Numbered from the stretch's first letter, positions 40,413-49,149 are shown. The stretch: 64,000 nucleotides of DNA from an uncultured delta proteobacterium (GCA_963727445.1 CAVSGI010000018.1:18086-82085); one strand, 5' to 3'. Numbers and translations are program-made. The notes: a model not told the origin generated them from the sequence alone.

Positions 40413-40455
40413 CTGAACGGACGAACAGTATAGAGTCGCACACTGACGGGATCAA
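40413..40455 (-). promoter_or_regulatory. Sigma70 promoter (TTGATC-N17-TATACT) with overlapping LexA/SOS box
   Basis: -35 at 40450-55, -10 at 40427-32; CTGTTCGTCCGTTCAG at 40413-28 matches the Myxococcus LexA consensus CTRHAMRYBYGTTCAG with one mismatch. Confidence 0.8.
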
Positions 40456-40494
40456 GGAGAGAACTTCCGGCGCCCAGAGCCGTACGAAAGAAAG

Positions 40495-41526
40495 GTGCGT
40501 GTCCTTCTCGTGGCCCTGGTGCTCGCGACGCCCGCGCTGGCGTCCGCACAAGAGCTCGTGATCGCCCGCACGGGTGCGAACGACGCCCTCGAAGCCGCGC
40601 CGGTGCAGGCGCGCGTCGGTGAGCGCGTCGTTCTGCGCCTCGCGATGCGCGATCGCCGCGGACGCCTTCGGCCCGCGCCGTCCGGAAGTGTGCGCTGGTT
40701 TCGGATCGTGCCGCACATGCAGCACGAGGACACACAGGCGCCGAACGACCGAACGCCGCAGTACTCGAACAGCGTGCTCTTCGGCCCGCGCCACGGCCAG
40801 TGGCTCGGCTACGACCAGGTCGAGTACGAGACGTCCGCGCTGGCCGAGGGAGACGAGCTCGTCGTGCGCCGCGTTCCGCCGAGCACACCTGATGGTCGCG
40901 TGCGTTTCGCTGGCGCCGGGAGCTTCTGGGTTTCGGCGACGCTCACGGAGAGCGACGGAACGGTCCTCGAGACGCCCGGCATCGACAGCCGCGATCACCT
41001 CGGGCTCTCACCTTCGGTGATGCGCGTCAGCTTTCGACAGAGCGACGACTTCCTCGGTTGGCTCGGCACCTATTTCCACGTCCCCGACATCTTCGGCTCC
41101 ACGGGCGTACAAGCGGATCGTTACGTCGGCGCCGACTGCGCGGACGTCCTCGTCGGCGCGATGCGCGCGTCCGGAAGCCGCGCGCGTTACACCTCGGTGC
41201 AGGGCATCGCGTCGGTCGCGCGTCCCATCAGCGAGGTGCTGATCCTGAGCGCAGAGGGCAACGTGCGCACCGAGGGCGGCGAGGACGTCTCCCTCGTCTG
41301 GGGCGACGGTGTGGCCGCGGGCGATCTGATGGCCATCGACTACACGACCGCCGGGGCCCAGCTTCCGCGTCCCTGGGATCACATCGGCGCGCTCCTCGGC
41401 GATGGCGATGGCGACGGGGTCCTCAGCGGCGGGGACGGCCTTCGCCACATGACCCCTGGGGGACTTGTCGATCGGCCTCTCCGGGAGGAGGGCGAGATTC
41501 GATTTCGGGTCTGGCGGCGTCGCTGA
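40495..41526 (+). CDS. Secreted hypothetical protein, possible NlpC/P60-like Cys-His domain
   Basis: Signal peptide ending ASA; GADCAD ... GDL ... WDHIG pattern. Confidence 0.5.
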   Translation: MRVLLVALVLATPALASAQELVIARTGANDALEAAPVQARVGERVVLRLAMRDRRGRLRPAPSGSVRWFRIVPHMQHEDTQAPNDRTPQYSNSVLFGPRHGQWLGYDQVEYETSALAEGDELVVRRVPPSTPDGRVRFAGAGSFWVSATLTESDGTVLETPGIDSRDHLGLSPSVMRVSFRQSDDFLGWLGTYFHVPDIFGSTGVQADRYVGADCADVLVGAMRASGSRARYTSVQGIASVARPISEVLILSAEGNVRTEGGEDVSLVWGDGVAAGDLMAIDYTTAGAQLPRPWDHIGALLGDGDGDGVLSGGDGLRHMTPGGLVDRPLREEGEIRFRVWRRR

Positions 41527-41576
41527 GAGCTGAAATCACGCGATAATTCTTCAAGAGGCCCCTTTGGGCCCTGGCG

Positions 41577-41603
41577 TGAAATACGGCGGAAAGGTCGTTC
41601 GTA
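41577..41603 (+). promoter_or_regulatory. Candidate ECF-sigma autoregulatory promoter TGAAAT-N17-CGTA
   Basis: Resembles the SigW-type TGAAAC..CGTA promoter; immediately upstream of the ECF gene. Confidence 0.45.
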
Positions 41604-41619
41604 GGGGGCGGTGACAGGC

Positions 41620-42228
41620 ATGCTCGTCTACGCCATGGCTCAGGAGCCGCCCAGGTCCGAAACCCGAGAGGTGCCGGGCCACGACGGCCGCAGCATCGAA
41701 CGCTCGGCGCGTTCGGGGGATCGGGACGCCCTCGCTGCGCTCCTGCGCGAGCACGGACCGGCGATCGGGCAGCTCTGCCACTTCGTCGCGGGCCCCCGCG
41801 ACGCCAAGGACGCGGCCCAGGAAGCTTTCGAGAAGATCGTCGTCAACATCACGAAGTTCGACCCCGACAAGGGTTCCTTCCGCAGCTGGGCGCTCACCGT
41901 CGCGCGCAACGCCTGCCGCGACCGCCTCCGCCGTCGCGGCCTCGAGAAGCGCACCTTCCTCGCCGACGGAGAGACACAGACCGAGCTCGCCAAGACCAAG
42001 GCGCCCGACCCCGAGCGCCTCGCTGTGGCGCGCGCCGGGACCAGCCGCCTGACCGAGGCGCTCGGCACGCTCCCCGAAAATCAGCGGACGGCCATCGTCC
42101 TGTTCCACTTTCACGAGGCGACCTACGAGGAGATCGCCGCTACCCTCGACGTGCCGATGGGAACCGTCATGACCTGGCTGCACCGCGCGCGGAAGAAGCT
42201 GCGCGCCGCCATGGAGGCGGACGCATGA
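41620..42228 (+). CDS. ECF RNA polymerase sigma factor
   Basis: DAKDAAQEAF, FRSW..VARN, region 4 YEEIAATLDVPMGTVMTWLHRAR. Confidence 0.93.
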   Translation: MLVYAMAQEPPRSETREVPGHDGRSIERSARSGDRDALAALLREHGPAIGQLCHFVAGPRDAKDAAQEAFEKIVVNITKFDPDKGSFRSWALTVARNACRDRLRRRGLEKRTFLADGETQTELAKTKAPDPERLAVARAGTSRLTEALGTLPENQRTAIVLFHFHEATYEEIAATLDVPMGTVMTWLHRARKKLRAAMEADA

Positions 42229-44078
42229 GCGCGCACCTCGACGAGGTCGCCCTCGAGGCGCTCGCCCACGGCCGCAACGACCTCGTGCCCGACGAGGAGC
42301 GCCTGCACGTCGCCGGCTGCGCCGAGTGCGGCGCAGCCATCGAGGAGATCCGCCGCGTGTCGAAGGACCTCTCCTTCGCCCTCGCCGCCGAAGCGCCCGA
42401 GCTCCCCGACCTCGACGCGATCATCGCGGGCGCCCTCGAGAAGGCGCCCGATCCCGCCTACGCCCGGCCGCCGCTGGCGGTGCTCGCCGGCGCCGGCCTC
42501 GCCGGTCTGGTGGCGGCGGCGGTCCTCGGGTTGCTCGCGCTTCCGAGCGCCACCTCGGTGGTGAGCTTCGTTCACGATGCGATCGCCGTCGTCGGCGGCG
42601 TCGACCGCGTGGTCACCGCCTTCGTGCCGGGAGGCTGGAGCCTCATCGCGCTCACCGGCTTCTTCGTGCTGGCGATCCTCGCCGTGCCCTTCAGTCGCCT
42701 GCTGCGCCCGGCCGCCGCCGGCGCCGCGAGCTCCTCGGTCTTCAGCGTGCTCGGGTTGGTCCTGGTGGTGGGCTCCTCGCTCTTCTTCGCGCCGAATGGC
42801 GCCTTCGCGCTCAGCTTCGAGGGCGAGTGGCCTTCGCCCGACGAAGGGCATCTGGTGTCGCTCTCGATCGACGATCAGCCGCTCAACGACGCGCTCCGAG
42901 ACGCGGCCTCGGCCGCGGGCCTCGGCTACGTCTCCCAACTCGCCGCTTCCGAGCGGCGCGTGAGCCTCGAGGTGCAGGACGCCGAGCTGCGCGTGGTGAT
43001 CGAGACGCTCCTCGGTGACGCGCGGGTGATCGCGCGGCGCACGCCGACGGCGCTGGTGCTCGTCCCGGACGCGTCCGAGCCCGAGGGCGCCGGTGACGAC
43101 GAGGTGGACGAAGAAGCGCTGCCGACCAAGCAGCAGCCCCAGCATCCGGCGCTCACCGTACCGGTCGTCCCGGAGGTGCCGCCGGTCCCCGGTGTGCCCG
43201 CGGCCCCCGCTGCGCCGCCCCTTCCCCCCGACGTGGATCTCGCGCACCTGCCGGATCGCGAGACCTTCGGCGGAGACGTGCACATCCGGCCGGGCGAGGT
43301 GGTGCGTCACGTCACCTCCACCGGCGGCGACGTCGAGGTCGAGGGCACCGTCTACGGCAACGTCACCAGCATGGGCGGCGACATCGAGGTGCGGGACGGC
43401 GGCGTGGTCCACGGCGAGCTGGTGAGCATGGGCGGCGACGTCGAGATTCGTTCCGGCGGCGCGGCCTACGGTCAGATGGTCACCATGGGCGGTGAGGTCG
43501 ACATCGAGGAGGGCGCGATCGTGACCGGCGCGCGCGTCACGATGGATCCGCCCGACGCCCCGGCGGCGATCGAGGCCGAGGCTGGGAGCGAGCACGGCGG
43601 ATTCGGCGCCTGGGTGAAGGAGTCGGTCGAGTCGGCGGCCCGACACGCGATCCTCTTCGTCCTCGGCATCTTCCTCCTCGCACTGGCGCCGGATCGCCTC
43701 GGCGCCCTCAGGCGCACCATCGCGCGCGCGCCGCTGCGCACCGCCGCCACCGGCCTGATGGGCATCGTGGGAACGGTGGTGCTCACGGTGATCCTCGCCA
43801 TCACCCTGATCGGCATCCCCGCCGCCATCGTCCTCGCCATCGTCGCCTTCCTCGGCGCTTACGTGGGTCTGGTCGCTTGTGCGTCGGTGCTGGGTGCGGC
43901 GCTGCCGACGGCCCGCCTGAAGGATCGCCCGATCCTGCAGCTGGGCGCGGGTGTGGCGGTGCTCTTCGTCGTGTCGCTGGTGCCCGGGATCGGCGGCCTT
44001 CTCACGGTGATCGCCGCGCTCGTCGGCTATGGCGCCGTGATCCTGACGCGGTTCAGGGCAGTGGCGTACGGCGACTGA
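42225..44078 (+). CDS. Putative anti-sigma factor fusion (ZAS-like HxxxCxxC, TMs, STN-like, bactofilin-like repeats, TMs)
   Basis: HVAGCAEC; ATGA overlap with the sigma gene; five GGD/E[VI] beta-helix-like repeats; multiple TM segments. Confidence 0.7.
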   Translation: MSAHLDEVALEALAHGRNDLVPDEERLHVAGCAECGAAIEEIRRVSKDLSFALAAEAPELPDLDAIIAGALEKAPDPAYARPPLAVLAGAGLAGLVAAAVLGLLALPSATSVVSFVHDAIAVVGGVDRVVTAFVPGGWSLIALTGFFVLAILAVPFSRLLRPAAAGAASSSVFSVLGLVLVVGSSLFFAPNGAFALSFEGEWPSPDEGHLVSLSIDDQPLNDALRDAASAAGLGYVSQLAASERRVSLEVQDAELRVVIETLLGDARVIARRTPTALVLVPDASEPEGAGDDEVDEEALPTKQQPQHPALTVPVVPEVPPVPGVPAAPAAPPLPPDVDLAHLPDRETFGGDVHIRPGEVVRHVTSTGGDVEVEGTVYGNVTSMGGDIEVRDGGVVHGELVSMGGDVEIRSGGAAYGQMVTMGGEVDIEEGAIVTGARVTMDPPDAPAAIEAEAGSEHGGFGAWVKESVESAARHAILFVLGIFLLALAPDRLGALRRTIARAPLRTAATGLMGIVGTVVLTVILAITLIGIPAAIVLAIVAFLGAYVGLVACASVLGAALPTARLKDRPILQLGAGVAVLFVVSLVPGIGGLLTVIAALVGYGAVILTRFRAVAYGD

Positions 44079-44081
44079 CGC

Positions 44082-44693
44082 TCAGGGATCCAACAGCGTC
44101 CGGAGCAGCTTCCAGTCCCGCATCTGGTCGGCCCATGGCCTCTGGATCGTCGCGCGCGCGCCCGGGTGATAGAGCGGCAGCACGAAGCGATGGTTCCAGC
44201 GGTGCACCTCTCCCACGTCCCACTTCAAGGTGAGTGTGTGCGGGGCGATCACCGCGAGCGACATCAGCGCCGTGGCGCCGAGGGTCACGATGATCGCCGG
44301 GTCGAGGGCGTCGATCAGCGATTGTACGAAATGGGTGCAGCGCTTCACTTCGGCCTTGCTCGGCTTGCGGCCCTCGCCGGCCTCCGTCTTCGGGCTGCAG
44401 AGCACCGCGTTGGTGATGAAGAGCTCGTCGCGCGAGAGGCGCGCGGCGGAGAGCAGCTTCTCGAAGGCGTCGCCGGTGCGGTCGCCCTTGAGCGGCACGC
44501 CGGTGGACGCGGCTCCGTGAAAGCCCGGCGCCTCGGCAATCACCAGACAGCGCGCGCTCTCGTCGCCGTTCGCTTCGGAAAGGACCCGCGGTCGGCCGTG
44601 CATCGTCGTGCAGCGCGTGCACGACTGGGCATCGGCGATGATGGTCGCGAGGCTGCTCCTCGCGCTACTCGTGGCCGCGCTCGTCCCTCCCAT
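44082..44693 (-). CDS. Uracil-DNA glycosylase, family 4-like
   Basis: CTRC, IAEAPG, ITNAVLCSP, VTLGATA, LYHP. Confidence 0.85.
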   Translation of the reverse strand: MGGTSAATSSARSSLATIIADAQSCTRCTTMHGRPRVLSEANGDESARCLVIAEAPGFHGAASTGVPLKGDRTGDAFEKLLSAARLSRDELFITNAVLCSPKTEAGEGRKPSKAEVKRCTHFVQSLIDALDPAIIVTLGATALMSLAVIAPHTLTLKWDVGEVHRWNHRFVLPLYHPGARATIQRPWADQMRDWKLLRTLLDP

Positions 44694-44783
44694 GGGCGAA
44701 GAAGGGTGCGCGGAGCCGGGCGGGAGCGCAACGTACTTTCTGTACTCGTTCGTACTGCCGAAAAGAGCTGCTAGGCTGCACCC

Positions 44784-46094
44784 GTGGCCGACCGACCCGA
44801 TCCACTCTCCGGCGACGAGCGCGACGCGCTGATGGGGCAGGCGCGCCCGCGCACGGGCCTCCCCATCGCGCCTCATGCCCCCCCCGCGCGACGTCATCTT
44901 CCTCTCGCTGCCGAGGCCCGCGACATCGATCGGCGCTATCGCCCGATCTACGCGGTCTGGGAGATCACCCTCGCGTGTGACCTGGCCTGCCGACATTGCG
45001 GCTCGCGCGCCGGCCACGCGCGTCCCGACGAGCTCAGCACCGAGGAGTGCCTGGACCTGGTCCGTCAGATGGCGGAGATGGGCGTCAAGGAGGTCAGCCT
45101 GATCGGCGGCGAGGCGTATCTGCGCGACGATTGGGTGGACATCATCCGCGCCGTGAAGGCGCACGGCATGACGCCGCTCATCACCTCCGGTGGACGCGGC
45201 TTCACCGAGGAGCGGGCCCGCGCCGGCGCCGAAGCGGGTCTCGCCAGCGTCAGCATCTCCATCGACGGAAACGAAGCGACCCACGACCGGCTACGCGGCG
45301 TGAAGGGAAGTCACGCGGCAGCCCTCGCCGCGCTGAAGAACCTCCGCGCCGCGGGCGTTCGCGTCTCCACCAACACGCAGATCAACCGCCTCAGCATGCC
45401 GGAGCTCGAGGACGTCCTCGACACGATCATCGAAAACGGCGGTCACAGCTGGCAGATCCAGCTCACCGTCGCGATGGGTCGCGCGGCCGACGAGCCCGAG
45501 GTCCTGCTCCAGCCCTACGACCTGCTCGAGCTCTTCCCGCTCCTCGCGGAGCTGAAGAAGAAGTGCGACGAAAACGGCGTGCGCCTGTGGCCGGGGAACA
45601 ACATCGGCTACTTCGGCCCTTACGAATCCGTGCTGAAGGGCACCATGCCCCGCGGCCACATGGCCTCCTGCGGTGCCGGGCGCGGCACTCTGGGCATCGA
45701 GGCCGACGGGACCATCAAAGGCTGCCCATCACTGACCACCACGCCCTGGGGCGGCGGGAACATCCGCGACAATTCCCTGCAGGACATCTGGGAGCGGGCC
45801 GAGCCCCTGCGCTACACCCGCGATCGCACGGTGGAGGACCTCTGGGGCTTCTGCCGCGACTGCTATTACGCAGACGAGTGTCGCGCCGGCTGCACCTGGA
45901 CCAGCCAGGTGCTCTTCGGCAAGCCGGGCAACAACCCCTACTGCCATCACCGCGCCCTCGAGCGGCAGCGCGAAGGCAAGCGCGAGCGCATCGAGCGCGT
46001 ACAGGAAGCGCCAGGGTTGCCCTTTGATCATGGAGAGTTTCGTCTCATACTCGAAGACGACCCGGCGGCCTCGAAGGCCGGCGGAGGAGGTTGA
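44784..46094 (+). CDS. Radical SAM/SPASM peptide/protein maturase, PlpX (splicease)-like
   Basis: YAVWEITLACDLACRHCGSRAG, WQIQLTVAMGRAAD, PGNNIGYFGPYE, GIEADGTIKGCPSL, CRDC..CRAGC, NNPYCHHR, PFDHGEF; extended -10 TGcTAGGCT 6 nt before the GTG. Confidence 0.88.
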   Translation: MADRPDPLSGDERDALMGQARPRTGLPIAPHAPPARRHLPLAAEARDIDRRYRPIYAVWEITLACDLACRHCGSRAGHARPDELSTEECLDLVRQMAEMGVKEVSLIGGEAYLRDDWVDIIRAVKAHGMTPLITSGGRGFTEERARAGAEAGLASVSISIDGNEATHDRLRGVKGSHAAALAALKNLRAAGVRVSTNTQINRLSMPELEDVLDTIIENGGHSWQIQLTVAMGRAADEPEVLLQPYDLLELFPLLAELKKKCDENGVRLWPGNNIGYFGPYESVLKGTMPRGHMASCGAGRGTLGIEADGTIKGCPSLTTTPWGGGNIRDNSLQDIWERAEPLRYTRDRTVEDLWGFCRDCYYADECRAGCTWTSQVLFGKPGNNPYCHHRALERQREGKRERIERVQEAPGLPFDHGEFRLILEDDPAASKAGGGG

Positions 46095-46101
46095 AAGACT
46101 C

Positions 46102-46603
46102 ATGGCCCGCTTGCTCCCTTGTCCTGGCTGCGAACGTCACGTGCGCATCACCGAAGCGCTCTGTCCCTTCTGCGGCGACGCCCTGCCGATGAGCTATCAG
46201 AGCGCCGGCCCGGCGCCGCTGCCCAGAGCGCGCCTCGGTCGCGCCGCGAAGTTCGCCTTCGGCGCGGCGGTCGCAGGCGCGCTCGCGGTGACCGGTTGTG
46301 GAGACGACGGCACCGCGGGCGACACCGGCGTCGTCGACACCGGCACCCTCGACTCCGGCGGCGCCCTCTACGGCGGAGCCCCTGACGTCGGCCCCGCGGA
46401 CACGAGCGCGGGCGACGACGAGCGCGGGCGACGGCAGCGCGGGCGACGGCAGCGCGGGCGACGGCAGCGCGGGTGACGCGTCCACCGACTCCGGCTCGAT
46501 GGCCCTCTACGGCGGTCCGCCTGTGGACTCCGGGGCGGCGGATGGCTCCTCGGGCGGCGACAGCGGCCCGGCCCCACTCTACGGCGCGCCGCCGTCGGCC
46601 TGA
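46102..46603 (+). CDS. Putative radical SAM substrate: Zn-ribbon + lipobox + low-complexity tail with three LYG motifs (+1 frameshift near 46417)
   Basis: GGAGGAGG RBS; CPGC..CPFC; LAVTGC; LYGGAP, LYGGPP, LYGAPP when the two reading frames are joined (about 166 aa). Confidence 0.75.
46405..46480 (+). repeat. Five-copy 15-bp tandem repeat AGCGCGGGCGACGGC (SAGDG)
   Basis: Directly visible; the first copy is 16 nt, which breaks the frame. Confidence 0.9.
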
Positions 46604-47529
46604 GCCTTCGCTCCGAAGCGGGCGCCCACGCCCAGGTGCAATCCCCAGATCCCGCCGTCGTTGAAAGCGAAGCCGGCGGGATCGTCGATGTTCATCGTGA
46701 AGGCGGCTCCGAAGAAGAGGGTGTCGAGCCACACCCGCCCGAAGACCTCGAGCGCCGTCTGAACCGGATCCGTCGTGGCGAAGAGCCCGCCCGTCGGGAG
46801 CCAGGCGAGGTCGAAGGCGATGCCCAGGGTGAGCAGCTCGGGCAAGACCCAGGCCGCGCCCACGCGGCCGTCCACGAAGAGATCCACGTTCGTGCCCTCG
46901 TCGCCCACCGGGATCATCGGCGCGATGGATGCCTCGACGAACGCGTCCACCGCCTGCGCGAAGCGGTGGCTCGCGCCTCCGCTCACGATGATGGAGAGGC
47001 GCTCGGGCGCCCAGAGCCAGAGCTTGGTGCCGCCATAGGTCGCCGCCGAGGTGTTGAACGCCTTGCGCATCGTGTCCTGCTCGACGTCCGGGACGTCGTT
47101 CGGGACCCAGGCCGTGGGGACCGCGACGCCCAAACCGATCACGCCGGAGGTCGCGGCCGCGCGGAAGCGGTGATGGGCGCCGGCGGTGACGTTGCCGAAG
47201 CGCAAGACGGCCCCGCCGGGATCCGAAGGGGTCGTCGTCTCGACGTAGCTCAGGGGCATCTCGAAGTGCGCGCCCCAGTCGCGGACGAAATCGTAGTGTC
47301 CGCGCACCAACGGTGAGACGCTGACGAGCTTGCCGCCTTCGGGGTGACCGACGAAGGTCGAGGTCCACAGGCTCATCTCGCCGCGGCTATCCCACAGGGG
47401 CTGACTCGGTGGCCCGTTGTCGCGATAGTTGACCGGGCCCTGGCGCTCGTTGAAGGCCTGCGCGCCCGCGACCCTCGGCAGACCGGCCGACAGGATCAGG
47501 ACGAAGGCGATGAAGGCCGCGGGCCGCAC
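46579..47529 (-). CDS. Hypothetical exported protein, probable outer-membrane beta-barrel
   Basis: Signal peptide; alternating amphipathic beta strands; GLHLGVGARF near the C-terminus. Confidence 0.55.
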   Translation of the reverse strand: MRPAAFIAFVLILSAGLPRVAGAQAFNERQGPVNYRDNGPPSQPLWDSRGEMSLWTSTFVGHPEGGKLVSVSPLVRGHYDFVRDWGAHFEMPLSYVETTTPSDPGGAVLRFGNVTAGAHHRFRAAATSGVIGLGVAVPTAWVPNDVPDVEQDTMRKAFNTSAATYGGTKLWLWAPERLSIIVSGGASHRFAQAVDAFVEASIAPMIPVGDEGTNVDLFVDGRVGAAWVLPELLTLGIAFDLAWLPTGGLFATTDPVQTALEVFGRVWLDTLFFGAAFTMNIDDPAGFAFNDGGIWGLHLGVGARFGAKAQADGGAP

Positions 47530-47545
47530 TGGCCCGCCTGTAGCA

Positions 47546-48061
47546 TCAGCCGACGATCTCGGCGAACCGCGGGTGGGCGCAGAGCTCCTCGAAGTCTCCG
47601 TCCTCCCAAGCGGCGACGGCCCAGGCGCGATCCAGGTAGACCGCCCGGCGGAGCGCGTCGAGGGCCCCGTCGCTGTCGCCGATCCGCGCCCGGGTGCAGG
47701 CGAGATTGTAGAAGGTCAGGGCCGAGGTGGGGTCGATCTCCGTGGCCCGCGAGAAGGCGCCGGCGGCGGCCTCGAGGCTCCCCATCGCGGCGAGCGCGAA
47801 GCCCGTGTGCATGTAGAGCTCGAAGCTCTCGACGCCCCGCTGGATCAGCTCGTCGGCGGTCGTGACGGCGCCGTCGTAGTCGCCGAGGTTTCTCACCTGG
47901 ACCCGCAACAGGCCCAGGGAGGCGGGCACGTGGCCGGTGCCGAAGCGGGCGTCCGAGTAGGCCATGGCCGCGCCGGCGAAGTCGCGCTCGGCTTCGAGGG
48001 CGCGGGCACAGAGCAGGGCGTTTGCGTGGTCGTCGACCACGTCGAGCTCATGGAGGTTCAT
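47546..48061 (-). CDS. TPR-repeat protein
   Basis: FYNLAC..A..ALDALRRAV..D TPR end-of-group-like motif. Confidence 0.7.
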   Translation of the reverse strand: MNLHELDVVDDHANALLCARALEAERDFAGAAMAYSDARFGTGHVPASLGLLRVQVRNLGDYDGAVTTADELIQRGVESFELYMHTGFALAAMGSLEAAAGAFSRATEIDPTSALTFYNLACTRARIGDSDGALDALRRAVYLDRAWAVAAWEDGDFEELCAHPRFAEIVG

Positions 48062-48071
48062 CTGGGGGGTG

Positions 48072-49149
48072 TTACGTCGGCTCCGCCGGCCGGCTTCCCT
48101 CCGCTGCCCACGAAAGGGGCCGCGGGCGCAGGGTCGACAAGGGGCGGGGCGGCGGCGAAGGGCGGGAGCTCCGCCGGGCGCGCCGCGCACGGGGCAGCTT
48201 CACGTCTTTCTGCGTGCCGCCGCTGAAGAAGGCGGCGATGTCCTCGCGCCGGACCTTCGAGGCGTCGGGGACGGCGCCGAGGAGGGCCCGCTCGAAAGCC
48301 TGGGCGGTCTCGAAGCGGCCGTCGACGTCCGGGTCGAGGGCGCAGGCGAGCACCGCCTCGAGGGCGCGAGGCACACCGCTGCGCACGGAGGAGAGCGGCC
48401 GCCGGTGCGGGCGGGCGACGTTCATCAGGAGCGAGTGCTCGGAGCGACCGAGGGCGTAGCGGTGCAGCGTCAGCATCTCCCACAGAACCACCGCCAGGGA
48501 GTAGATGTCGGCGCGACGATTGAGGCCGCGGCTCCGCACCTGCTCGGGCGACAGGTAGCGAACCTTGCCGCGGATGCGGTGGCCGGTGGTGTCGTAGTGG
48601 CGACCGCGCGCTTTGGCGATCCCGAAGTCGATGAGCTTCACGTCGCCCTGCTCGGACAACAGAATGTTGCCCGGGCTCACGTCGCGATGGACGAGGTTCA
48701 AGAGCTCGCCCTCTTCGTCGCGGGCCTCGTGGGCGGCGTGCAAGCCCCGCGCGGCGCGCACCACGATGGCTATTGCGATTCTCGTAGGGCAGAAAGGTGC
48801 CGGCGCGTGCGAGGGCGTCGAGGTGCTGCGCCAGGGAACGGCCGGGGACGTACTCCATCACGAGGTAGTGTCGCCCCCCATCCTCGCGGAGGGCCTCGAC
48901 GCGCGCGACGTTGGGGTGGTCGACGCGGCTGGCGAGGCGCGCCTCGTCCCGGAACATGGCGAGAAAGCCGGGGCGGTCCGCCAGATGCTCGTGCACCACC
49001 TTGATCGCGACCTGGCGCATCCCGGCGGGACAGCGGACGGCGCCCAAGTAGAGGGTGGCCATGCCCCCGGCTCCGAGGCGCGACAGTACGTGGTGTTCTC
49101 CGAGCGCTTCTCCGACGTCGACCAAGCCTCTACCTCCGAGCCCCACCAA
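48072..49149 (-). CDS. Serine/threonine protein kinase (frameshift near 48775)
   Basis: LGAGGMA, VAIK, HPNV in one frame; HRDVSPGN, DFGIAK, YLSPEQ, DIYSL in another; start uncertain. Confidence 0.85.

Noticed and set aside
46405..46480. Possible CRISPR-like array
   Set aside because: Contiguous 15-bp coding repeats with no spacers and no cas genes
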